Part shown: piece by piece, positions 27,791 through 40,268 of the stretch
How the letters are laid out: each line of letters opens with the position of its first letter
Position numbering within the stretch: position 1 is the stretch's first letter
Origin: Octopus sinensis
Lineage: Eukaryota
NCBI RefSeq assembly: GCF_006345805.1
Contig: NC_043007.1
Span: 7,006,001 to 7,070,000, forward strand
Length of the DNA: 64,000 nt
Direction of reading: 5' to 3'
Program-made: the position numbers and the translations under genes
Notes under the pieces: generated by a model
The model's input: only the letters and a program-made list of their open reading frames with translations
The model's database searches: none
Told to the model about the DNA's origin: nothing

Positions 27791-29711
27791 GCATTTATAC
27801 TTGCTTGTGTGCATGTATGTATGTATGTATGTATGTATGTATGCATGTATGTATGTATGTATGTATGTATGTATGTATGCACGTAGCCGAAGCTCAGTGA
27901 GTTTAACACTCAAGGTAGGACTTAACTTCAGTTTATCACAGAATTGTCTTCGCGTGCTTTGCATGTTCCGACTATTGTCGGACATAGTATGAAAAATATA
28001 ACTGAGGTTTTGACAGAGATGCTACAGATTAATGGACACGTGAACGTGAAGCCTTCTGAGCGAGGACACTGATTGGTCCCTTGCATGGGACCAATCCTAC
28101 TCTCAACTGAACGTATGTATTTGCTACAATAGAACTAGTCAGTCATGAGATTCAAACGAAGTCACATGCGTTACATTAGTTTTCTCTTTTCTAGAAATAT
28201 GTCTAAACAAATAGTAGGGGTCACTCATAACTGTTGAATTGCCTTTGATTCTACAGTGTTCATCCATCCGTTCACAGATTTTGATTTTGGTTTAGTAGGA
28301 CGTCAAATGGAGATTAGCCACCTTACCAACCGGTTCTTTGACTAACGAGGTAAATCCGAGACGTGGGTAATTATCATTTATTTAATTTCATTAGTGATAG
28401 CGAGGGGAGGTAATAGTGCTGGTGATGGTTAAGCCGGTTCGTTTTTCGCCGCTCTTTTTATTTCCATATTGACCAAATTTATGCATATACGATTTCTATT
28501 CATGATACTCCAGCAGTGTATTGCGAGATGTCGAGTGGAAAAGGAGAATTAACTGATCGAGGGTATCGATGATGTTAGTAGTGACAAGTTATATTTTTCT
28601 TATTTGTACTTGAGTGCTGCTAAGGGTACACAAAAAATTGTTACTTTACGAATGTCGAAAAATAACGGTTGATTTCGCGGTGGTAAAATTTTAGAAAATA
28701 CTATGCAAGTTGTAGCAATTCAGGAAGCAGAAGTTGCACGAAGAGTAACAAAAGAGGATTTATTTATTTGCGATTTGTGGTGGCGTTTCCCGTTATGTAA
28801 TAAAAAATATATATTGTATGTTGCGAGTTTATCTTTCTTTTCAATTTGGAGTCAAACAACCCTGTAACATTGATCTAATATCCAAGAAATGCAACTACAG
28901 TATTAAATCTAGAAAATGATTTATAACAGAAGAAAGTTTAAAATGTGCATCCAGTGGACTATCCAAATACAAAGTGAATAGATATGATCTATGTTTACAA
29001 ACCTCATTCGAATCATTCAATCATGCTTCCCTTAATGTGTCCACATTCTCTCATAATCCAATTACATAAACGCAACATTCGGAACAATAGAACAAACGAA
29101 ATAAATCAAATATATCGTAGGTTGCCTCACCACTAATGCATCTTTATTTAGTTCATTTTCAGAATAATAAATAATACAAAAGCAAAATACATTACTAAAT
29201 CATAGCTAACATATGAAATACGAAAGCACTTTTAGTTTATAAATCAAATTTTCCAAAATCTCAAAATTGATTATCAAAATATTTTAAACTATATGCCATG
29301 GGCCCCTAGTTTATATAATAAAATCATGAAATTTCCAATTCTATTACCTCGTCGTCACGTGAACAGAATTACTCCATGGACTCACTTCTTTCTTCTAAAT
29401 TTCATACGTGCTGACATAAAAGCAAAGTAACCCCGTTTCTCTCCTCCATCATCTCTACATGGGTCCTTCGCTTAATTTTTTCGTCACATAATGCAATTAT
29501 ACTGGCAAAACATTTAATGCTCCGTTAATCTTAGTTGACAATCGGGTTTACAGCGAAGCAAATTGCACAGTTTTAGAAAACAGCATTTATTTAAAACAAA
29601 TGCACCATTATCACAATTAAATCTTGTCCGACTGAAGGTTATAATATCAGGCACACACATCTATGTATGAGGCGTATATATATATATAATATATAATACT
29701 GCTTTCTCCTA

Positions 29712-29747
29712 TGTTTCCGACGAAGAGCTCCGCTCGAAACGTTAGAA
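29712..29747 (+). ncRNA. Minimal hammerhead variant in a ~140 bp segment (29700-29840) ending in (TA)n
   Basis: GTTT-CCGACGA-A-GAGC-TCC-GCTC-GAAAC-GTT-AGAA. Helix III is AACGTT, the core has U4C, and helix I is weak. Confidence 0.55.
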
Positions 29748-29835
29748 ATCCCTTCTTTCCTGAGCGTCCAATAATACTATATTTGTTCCACGTCCTCGCG
29801 TTGTTGTGTTTTTTGTGCTTTCTTGTTGGATTAAC

Positions 29836-29929
<94 letters not shown>

Positions 29930-29979
29930 ATGTATATGTATGCATATACATGTACACACATACATTTTAAAACAAAGGG

Positions 29980-30480
29980 CAAGCTATTGAGATCGTTACA
30001 CGAGTTGATATAAATAAAATAAAAATGAATAAAAATATGAAAAACTGGTATATGTTTTAAGGGGCCCAAAAACGCTTAGGACATTATATATAAACAAACA
30101 GATAAACATATAAACAAGTACAATGCGAAGGAACGAACAATGCCAGCTGTATCATTAAAAGATAGAGAGGAATCTCTTTGAAAAATTATGAATTAAGGTG
30201 GTGGTGGGGGATGGTCCAAAAATTTTATAAATAGGACTGTGAAATCAGTAGACAATGAAGGGAATTTAGGGAATTTATGTTTTTTTACTTTTTATCTGCA
30301 ATACCTGATGAAGCGACATCGCAGCAGAAGGCACAGGGAAGAGCGGCAGCGTCCAACTCGCTGCTTCACCAGAAGCAATACTGGAAAAATCCCAGGATGC
30401 AGTAAATGCGGTGCACCAACTGCACCAACTTAGCCTCAGCCTCTGGCTGAAACCCGCAACAGATAAAAGATATGTCATAT

Positions 30481-30568
<88 letters not shown>

Positions 30569-30720
30569 ATATATGAAAGCTCGCATATAAACCTACAAAC
30601 GGTAACATGTAAATATGAATTTGAGGAATCATTTTCGATGGAAAAAATCGAAGGCTGCATATGTGTGTGCATATGTATGGATTTGCCTATAGTTATATAT
30701 ATAAATAGAGACAAAATACA
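29980..30720 (-). mobile_element. Probable decayed PLE pieces
   Basis: Weak GIY-YIG-like remnants (SSN.YL..C at 30570-30660, and FQRDSSLSFNDTAG near 30150) interspersed with (TA)n. Confidence 0.3.
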
Positions 30721-32424
30721 CTGACGCTATATATTTTAATAATTCTATACATAATTATGACAAGGGGTTAGCTATAAGTCTCTCCACGCGCTGGAAAAAC
30801 AGACGACAAAAGACGCCATTTGTAAAATTTAGATATATAATCTAATTTACATATATAATCTATAATTTGCATATATAAATAGTGTGTGTGTGTGTGTGTG
30901 TTTGACTGTGTGTTTATGAGACAGAGGTTTTGTGCGAAAAGTATATATAATATTTAATACATTTCATATATGGCGTAACGAATATCCGAGGGTGTATAAT
31001 TGTTGCCTTGTACTTTTAAGGTTCAACTTAAAATAGGTTACGAATAATATTTTTATCGATTATCCGTTGCACTATTTATTGTCCGAATAGGAAGTGCACT
31101 TGTTGCTATAAATGTTCTTTCGCTGCTGGCTTTTACTCCATTTCTCAGCCACGCTCTAAATATAGTTATGCCCATTTTTGTCGCTTTCGTTTCGAAGCAA
31201 AATCGTTATTATCATTCTTTGGACCATTTTATTGTAAAGGCAGGTTTACAAGTTTATCGGTATTATTGTAGCATTTTGAAGATTCATGGATTACATCCTA
31301 AGTCTTGCGGAAAATTAATTCTGAATAGATTTATAGAGAGTTTGAACACACAGTAACGCAATTCAACAGAACGATTGTTTTTCTTTGTTTTTTTTTTTTA
31401 TCTGGTTACCGACTATTTTCATAGACTTCAATAATGCTGATATTTCAGAGATAGTATTTGGATTACATATTCATCAAAGTTTATGCTATGCAGGGAATCT
31501 TAATATATGATGTTCAGGCATCTACAGAGGCAGTGAGGTTGACCGTAGGGTGGTTTGAATAGTCATTTTATCGAGTTCACTGGAATCTTAAATCAAATTC
31601 ATTACCGACTGAATGTATTGCAAATAAAAGGAGCGTTCCCACATGTGTCAATGAATTTTGTACTTTGTTATCACTCTAGATTATGTGAATATCGTAAAGT
31701 AGAATTTGAAGGTCCATTAACCAGGAACATGTAGTTCTATATAGGAACGAAGATGCCTATTCAGATGTGATACCATATTTACCGAAAATTATGCAACACT
31801 TCCATTTACAATATGTTCCATGTAGTTTGGTGTCCATTAAAAAGAGGAACAGATTCCTGTATTGTGATTGACATACTATAAATATGAAGTTCGATATCAA
31901 GTCAGATCGAAGGATTGTACAGTGTTTACCTATAAATAATACAACTGTTCCATTTGGAAAACGTGCCCCACATACTAGACAGGTGAGCATGTTCAAATCA
32001 TTAAATGCTTTCTCTTATCTAATCACCAAGAAAATGGAGCTCACAGTTCAATTGAAATCTGTCCCTTCTTTTGAAAGGTATGTACAATATTAGTCTTTCT
32101 ATGATTTCATGAATGTAACATATTTATGGCGAAATTATAATATTTTTACCGAAACTAGTGAAAACGTATAAGGAAAGTTCCACCGGATATTGATTGTAAA
32201 GCTCTTGTAATAGTGGCCGGACATAGTTGTAGGAGCCAGACAGATTCTCATTAATGTCGGCTTATCATTCTATTCATTGCGCGTCTTTCTGCCCGTAATG
32301 TTCCGCGTGTGTTTCAGCGAAATCTACTTTTGAATGGCAGCGAATGAATAAACATATTGTTGGATATTTGTACACAGCTACGATACAGAACTTATTAAAA
32401 TATGCACTTGTACACGTATTCGGT

Positions 32425-32505
<81 letters not shown>

Positions 32506-32588
32506 TATATATATATATATGCATAATATATATATATATATATGCATATATATATATATATGCATATATATAATATATATGCATATAT

Positions 32589-32630
<42 letters not shown>

Positions 32631-32774
32631 TATATATATTAGAGATGATGGTGTACTTGAGACCCAAAGGTGTCAGGTAATGCTGAATAAGTGCTATAGA
32701 CAGACCATAGTTGTGTTCCAGATTCGGTAACATTGCGAATAAAGGGTTCAATGTTGGTTCTATGCCAGCATGTG

Positions 32775-32977
32775 TATATATGAATTTTTTGTGTGATGAG
32801 ATAAAAAAAGAAACAAGGCTGTATAAATATTAGAGCATTTATAGATAGAAGGTCTTACAGCTGTTATTATTAATAAATATCCTGGAAACAGCTGTAAGAC
32901 ATTCTATCTATAAATGCTCTAATATTTATACAGCCTTGTTTCTTTTTTTATCTCATCACACAAAAAATTCATATATA
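32775..32977. repeat. Near-perfect inverted repeat (~91 bp arms, 21 bp spacer) of a PLE terminal-repeat segment
   Basis: 32775-32865 is the reverse complement of 32887-32977 with one visible mismatch. The inner arm ends carry AAC-AGCT-GTA-AGAC. Confidence 0.9.
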
Positions 32978-33378
32978 TATATATATATATATAATATATA
33001 TATATAATATATACAACGTCAGAATTATTGCTCTAATATAGCCAACTGTGTACCATACTTTCTTTAAAGCAACTTTACCTCGGTCTTCTCCCGGAGTAAT
33101 TATCTTGTGTGGATGTTCTGTGTTTTACAATTTAATAAAAAATCCTACCAGTGCGTGTGTCAGCCGTAAACCATTCCAGCAGCGGTTAGCGAGGATACGA
33201 GACACATTTCTCTTTTACTAGGTTTTTTCAACAGCATGCACCCAGACCCTCCCAATATATACTGTTTAGGAATACAGCACGTCCATAAAAATACGACACT
33301 AAATTTGCATTTCCACCATCTATTTACATTGAGCATGATGTACCGATAGAACATGATGTATACACACACATACCTACG

Positions 33379-33428
<50 letters not shown>

Positions 33429-33631
33429 TATACACGCGCGCACACACACAGTGAAGCATGAATGAGTAAAACACATTGAAAAACGAATTCATCGTCAGCT
33501 GATCGATGCAAAACACTACTTAGGCTGTATCAATTAAACCTTGTAAACCTTGTTTACATACGGGTACTTAAGAAAGCTGAAGACATTTCTCCCTGTTTAA
33601 ATGTTTGTCTGGGATTGTTCATTTACTTATG

Positions 33632-33899
33632 ATGCAGCAGCAGCAGCAGTAGTAGTAGTTGTAGTAGTAATAGCAGCAGTAGCTTTAATAGTAGTGGCAG
33701 CAGCAGCAGTAGCAGCAATAGTAGTATTAGTAGCAGCATCAGTAGTAGTAGTAGTAGCAGCAATAGCAGTAATAGTAGTATTAGTAAATGCAGCAGCAGT
33801 AGTAATAGTAGTAGTTGTAGTAGTGGTAGCAGCAGTAGCAGCAGGAGTAGTAGTAGCAGCAGCAGCAGTAGCATTATTAGTAGTATTAGTAAATGCAGC

Positions 33900-33940
<41 letters not shown>

Positions 33941-33952
33941 CAGTAGCAGTAA
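33632..33952. repeat. Mixed (GCA/GTA)n trinucleotide repeat
   Basis: Read directly from the sequence. Confidence 0.9.
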
Positions 33953-34650
33953 CGAGCTGTGGCAATGAGTGCCTACATAGTTGTATGGTTGAATTATCGT
34001 AACAATGAAACGTGGTCCTAAATGATGAAGAAGCAGACAAGAGAGTCAAAGAGCGCTCAGTAACCTGTAACTAGGATGATTCCCAATGAAGTAACTCTGT
34101 TAGGCCTTTATCTGATAACAAGGACCTCGGGTTTGCTAACGACATTATTGACCCTGATTGATATAGATTATGAATTAATAACTTACCCTGCAAAGGATAG
34201 ATAATTCAAAAGATATAAGTCTTTGTTTATAAGTTTGTATAGTCTTTAGTACATATCGATCAGCTCCAAATGATTGAAAGAAAACGAACCTGTTATGAAT
34301 GTGAAACACGATTAGTTTTGTGTTTGTCTTTATATCTTGTTCTTTCTACTCCATGGTAACGGTCTGCATTTATGATGTGCGCATGTCTTCCCAAACTAGT
34401 TAGATGTATGCTGAAGATCTTACATTTAACCATATAAAAACTAGGGAAACGGGTCGAGAAATAAATTCGGCAAAAGAGCAATGTATCAGTCTTGTTGATT
34501 CCCTCATCACCCAGCATTTTATAGGAAATCGGTGCTGAGTATTTCCAACTCGTCGTATCTACCGCTGCTGAGACATGAGAGTTATATTCTATCTTAAATT
34601 TCAATTTATGTGCATATATATATATATATATTATATATATATATATATAT

Positions 34651-34850
34651 ACGGAGATGTACTCGCATAGCAAGTGATTTGATCTGAGATCGTGTGCTGG
34701 AACGAAAACAATTGCAGCGTGGAAGGTGTTTGTAAGCCATTTAAGAAACACACAAAAGCCGTTCGATTCACTTCAACATTTAAGTTTAATTTGTCAAAAT
34801 ATTTTCGTCGCTAAAATCCGCGACCTGTTCACTGACAAAGTCCGTGCTGC
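34651..34850 (-). mobile_element. ~200 bp non-coding element between two (TA)n tracts, carrying a variant hammerhead; PLE terminal-repeat or retrozyme-like
   Basis: Complex sequence bounded by (TA)n on both sides, with a hammerhead fold near its 5' end. Confidence 0.6.
34790..34839 (-). ncRNA. Minimal type-I hammerhead with a G3-C8 covariant core
   Basis: UUUGUCA-GUGAACA-G-GUCGC-GGAUUUUA-GCGAC-GAAA-AUAU-UU-UGACAAA. It has a 7-bp helix I, a 5-bp helix II and a palindromic AAUAUU helix III. Confidence 0.65.
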
Positions 34851-35022
34851 ATATATATATATATATATATATATATGAACAACATATGTTACGGACATGA
34901 AAGAGTTGATAGCATCAGTTTCAAAATTTCTGTATGAACTTTTCGAGTCGGCTCTGGTCGTACAGTTTTAAACAAGTTCGGTCGATGCCTCACATGCACA
35001 TACATGTGTGTATAAGTACATG

Positions 35023-35056
<34 letters not shown>

Positions 35057-36051
35057 AAAAACGCGCACACACACATACGTGTGTGTGTGGTTACATATAT
35101 ACAAAGGAAAAGTTAAGCATAAGCAAGAGGTCAAACGCGAAGGACAATGTACAAGAATGGAAAGTATTCCTTTTCATCAGTTTTTGACTGAAGGCAATTT
35201 CGACACGATTTCAACTGGATTTCACTCGGGAGTTACCAGAGATGGCGGCGATTATATGATGGGGTTAAATGCATGGAAAAACATTTTAAGTCTTAGAGAT
35301 AAGACAAAGAAATAAAAAAGCAGTCGATGTTCTTTGGTTAGAATGTAAACGAAAAGAAAACAACAGGTAAAACAACCGCAACAACAGGTAAAACCTTTCA
35401 CACACATCTCAACTGTCATGGAACTCAAATGAGGTATGTAGGTAGAATGTCAGGTTGAATGGCTGCTAATGATCGCTTTCATTACCCGAGTTCCCGTATC
35501 AAATGCAGAAGAAATTAATTACCCTTGCTATTCTGATTTGGAGAACGGTAAGCAATTTATCAGAACAATATTGGAGACGACTCATTCTAACCTTCTCTTA
35601 TCTATTGAAATAAATGGCAGTTTTTAGACGTAGAATTAGAAAGCTCGCTCTCGCTATCAACCCCTAGATGGCATTACGGTGCTGCCCTTAAGGATCCATT
35701 GGGGGTTAGAAACCCAGTGAAGTAAAGACGTGATATAATCCATCCCAAAGTATCCACACATGATACACTGAAGAATATAACTCATAACACTACTCAATCA
35801 ATCTATATATATATGTGAAAACAAATCACCAACGAACAAAATCAAAAAGCAATTTATATTGTATTTATCCTATCAGCTGAAATAGAAAATAGTAAAATGA
35901 AACGATAAAAAGCTCGTACACCAACCAAACATGACACCAACGCATTACAAATGTACTACTGAGAAGACTACATGAACTCAGAAGCTATTATAGTACACAC
36001 TGGAAACTTTTGAAAAGATGGGGGGAGGAGGAGGAGGAGGATGTTTTTGAT

Positions 36052-36252
36052 TTATGCACAAAGTCGGCAGATTTGAAAAAGGATCATTAGTTGATTTTCA
36101 GCGACTCACTACTCTTATATTTTATCGACCTGGAAAGAATGAAAAGCAAAATTGGCCGCGGCAGGATTTGAACTCTTACAACATAAAGAACCAAAAGAAA
36201 GGAGACAAACCATTTATTGTTTTTTTTACCGCGTTCCTAACGACTCTGCCAT
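36052..36252 (-). mobile_element. Octopus SINE, diverged
   Basis: TTTTATCGACC..GAAAG.ATGAAAAGCAAA..GGCAGGATTTGAACTC...AACGACTCTGCCA. Confidence 0.75.
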
Positions 36253-36709
36253 TTTGAAGATTGAAGTCGAATAATTTGATTGATTACCACATTTGTCAAC
36301 ATAGATGGATAAATTACAGTATACTTCCGGTCGGCATAGAATTACATGTCAAAGTAGAATATTTGAAATATTATATTTATTAGATTCTTAATGTCGATTC
36401 TAAACTGGAGAATACCATTAACCTGATTACACACTTTCTGTCGCTTTGCTTAGTTGATTATGAAGTTTTTATGACTAATTATTGATTAACTTTGAGTTTA
36501 ATGAGAGTATCACGTTTACTCCAATGGAACTTCGAATTCTTTAAGTTTCAAGGATACTCCAAGGTGAATGTCGTGTTTGTGTGAGCGTGTTTATATCTAT
36601 CTATCAATCAATCAATCAATATATATATATGTACATATACACACACACATATATAATTGTATATGTCTGTCCGGGCGGACAGATAGACATACGAACAGAT
36701 AGACAGACG

Positions 36710-36785
<76 letters not shown>

Positions 36786-37350
36786 TATATATATATATAT
36801 ATATATATAGATATAGATAGATAGATAGATAGATATGAATCACTCGTTATAGCAAAACTTCTCTAGGAAATACTATAAGCATTATCTTTGATGTGTCACT
36901 CACTAAGTAATACATGCTTTCCTTCAAACTCGGCAACACTACCTCGTGTAGCCTTTATTAATACGCAGTAGCAGACTGCTTATTAACTGCTTTATAGCCA
37001 TATTTATGCTATTTAAGGACATGTTTCGTACTTCATAATATAACGTTGTTTGAAAATGGTAAAGGTTGGAATCGTACATTGCTTGGATCAGTTGGATGAT
37101 TGACTCGAGACCCGTTTATTAACTGCTGGTTTCCTTTTGCTTTTAATTGGGATTCTGCTGCCTACGTTGGATCAATTAAATAATGACTTTAAGCATGTGG
37201 TCCCTCTGACGGTAACAGCTTTGACAAGGGAGATAATCATATCTTCATTATACGAAGCAAGATTGGACGTTTAACACTGTTCATTGAATGATATGGATGC
37301 ATAGATGTAATCTTTTCTTTCTTTTATAACTTTGTATAAATATCTTTTAT

Positions 37351-37565
37351 CGAGGCGTTGCTTGGCGTGGGTCCAGCCAGAGAAGCGGGTGATCGGGTGG
37401 TAATGATCCTTCCACAGGTTCATCTATGGAAACCTTGTTACGACTTTTACATCCTCTGAGCGATCGGGTTCGGTCGTCTTCTCCGGACCATCAGAGAATG
37501 CGCCAACAACGGCACGGAACGCCGCCGCTCGTAAGCGATCTCGTCGGCCAGATCCGGGAGTGGAA
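37351..37565 (-). pseudogene. Orphan 18S rRNA 3' end with the start of ITS1
   Basis: The minus strand reads GTAAAAGTCGTAACAAGGTTTCCATAGATGAACCTGTGGAAGGATCATTA, with the 18S end at 37401. It forms a GC-rich island and carries substitutions relative to the universal sequence. Confidence 0.9.
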
Positions 37566-37841
37566 CTAAACCGGAAAACAAGAGCTTCTTAACCACATTT
37601 AAATATCCAAACCTATATTTAAATATCTTTTAAATTTTAGTATTCTTTTATCAACTATTTCAATATTTTCTCATTTGTTTCTTATTACGATTTTATAAGT
37701 ATTTTTATATTCTTGAAAAGCTTTTCCAGTTTTGTCCATCATTTACTTCCAATGGTCTTTAAATATGTTTTGTATAATTTAACTCAAGAATACCTCAATA
37801 TGTTATTCACCTTTTCGCAGTGTTCGTATTTTCTCTCTTGT

Positions 37842-38058
37842 AAGATGGCGAGCTGTCAGAATTATTAGCCCGATGGGTAAAATGCTGAGCAGCATTTCGC
37901 CCGGTTTTAGATTCCGAGTTTAAATTCTGCTGAGGTCGATTATGCCTTTCATCATTTCGGTGCCGATAAAATAAGCAGCAGTTGAGCCGTGGGGTCGATG
38001 TAATCGACTTACACCTCCCCCGAAATTGCAAACCTTGTGCTAAAATTTTAAACCAATA
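37842..38058 (+). mobile_element. Octopus SINE with a probable target-site duplication
   Basis: Full-length family match, flanked by TTTTCTCTCTTG at 37829-37840 and 38060-38071. Confidence 0.9.
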
Positions 38059-40231
38059 TTTTTCTCTCTTGGAAATTCCAGATTAAAATGTTGTTTCTCT
38101 CTCGCTAAAATCTCTCGCCTCAACCATTTGTAAAGAATTGCTGATCTGATTGTATACCACCAAATCAACACATATAAAGTGTGTAAATAATTTCTTGCTG
38201 GTTGGTTAATTGTGGTTTGGCAATCTCATATTTTGATATGTGCAAAATTATTTTCTTCTTTATCAAATCAATATTTTCCTTTACGAGGTTTTATTCCCAG
38301 GCCGTAAAGACATTTTGAGTTTCCCCCGCATATGCGAATAAATTGCAATTTGCTTTGAAGAATTGAAGCTGTGGTAGCATATTGTAACCTAATCAAAGTG
38401 ATTTATCGTTAATGGATTTCTGGTGTTCTTGCATTGCAAAGTATTATTAGTTTTCCCATTTGTGGATGATATACGTATCTGAATAAATTGGTTCGAAATT
38501 ATGTATTCAGTGTTGAAGGGGATTCAGATGTATGAATTTATTTGCATATTCTGATATGCTTAATCAGTTCATTAAATTAATTTAGGCTTAAGTCGAGATC
38601 TGAATATTTGATACACCAAATTAGATTCAGTCTCTGCATAACATAGTTATCCATATGGGCTCACGACACTTATGCTTCTGCACGCATACTTACAAAATAC
38701 AAACACACACACATACACACACACGCACACACACATATAGATGTATATGTATATTCATATTTATATGCACGCACATAGATAATTATAGACATACATACGC
38801 ACATACATACATGCATGCATACATACATACATACATACATACATACATACATACATACATACATACATACATACATACATACATACATACATACATACAT
38901 ACATACATACATACACACATACATACATACATACATACATACGCACATATGTATCCCGTGAGAGACGTAGAAAAAGATTTAATCATTTCAATGATTAAAT
39001 CGTTTCAAAGAATCTAACATTGCAGGAGAAACACTTGTAAGGTTATTTAGCGATAAATTTTAAGTTTTGCCGTTATGTAATACATAAATAAAACAAGGCT
39101 TATAAGTTTTCAGAAAGAAAACACGTAACGTACATCAATCATATTTTATTTTTTAATGTCAGTCTGTTCGCTTTTCTCAATTTTCTCAATTTTCTTTTAG
39201 CTTTTGTTTTTATATTAAGTTTCATATATTTTTCTTTTAGTTTGTTTAGAGTTTGGCTTGTGTTCTCCTGTATTCAACGTTTCTTTATCAGATTTCTTCT
39301 TTTTTGTTATTTCTTTTTTGTTTTGCGTCATATGTATTGTATAAATTGTGTTTTATAGCTGCTGATTTTAAATGTAAATTTCAGTATCTATTAATAATGA
39401 AGTTAATGAGGAATTTTAATGAAATCTTACATGTAATATTTTCTGGAGGAAAAACATTAATCGAAGAAATTGCGCAAAAATAATTATAGTCAATTTTATC
39501 GGATGATTTCTGAGTAACCGTTGATGTGTACACACAAATTTTATTGTGTATCTACAATATTTGATAAAAGAGAACCAATTTGAAACAAAAGAAAATCGAT
39601 TTCAGCAAAAGAAAATGTTCTCTCTGATTGCATCAATTTCATACGAAATAAAAGCGATTCCTCATTGCCCTTCCAGGCTTTCCGAAATGCGTTTGGTGTT
39701 GCAGAATACTTTGTTGTTGTCAATAGAAATCTTATATGTTTAGCCATCTGATTCATCCACATATATATTTTGTTGCTGTTGTTGTTGTTGTTGTGGTGGT
39801 GGTGGTGTTGAGGATGGTTTGATGTGTAATCCAGTCAATCCTGATGCACCATTAACTTAATAACTATGATTCTATCATGCAGTGTACAAGATATATTATC
39901 TCTATCTCCTTTAGGGCTAAACTAGATTCCCCGATACAGGCATGAAATCCAACATATTTCAGTTTCTCCACATTCCAACCTGTCCTTATATTTCAGTTGT
40001 CTGTCTTTATCCATACCACACCTGTAATCCAACAAACCTGTGTTGAAGGTGTCCAATGTGATGTTCAGCTTTCTATACTTTTGAAGGCAACCAGAGTTAA
40101 ATCACCTGCTATTTCTAGGATGTTCAGCATCTGTGTCCCTATATGCAACTGCTTTGCACACGTAGCGGTATTCAAAGTTCCGTGAAGAAGAAATGCATTA
40201 ACGCTTAATCTTCATTTAGATATATCAATGG

Positions 40232-40268
<37 letters not shown>

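Larger units (their letters stand above)
36950..38660 (-). mobile_element. Highly decayed LINE ORF2 remnant interrupted by a SINE and an rDNA fragment
   Basis: A-rich minus strand with RT-like remnants (QSCFV resembling QxGFR, IQLIQAMYD) and an LCRD resembling the GDFN APE motif near 38630. Confidence 0.35.

Noticed and set aside
30304-30460. CTGATGA...GAAAC pair
   Set aside because: The two parts are ~140 nt apart with no helix I or NUH arrangement.
39910-40190. Minus-strand frame with a single in-frame TGA (selenoprotein idea)
   Set aside because: No selenoprotein motif, no SECIS seen and no usable acceptor.
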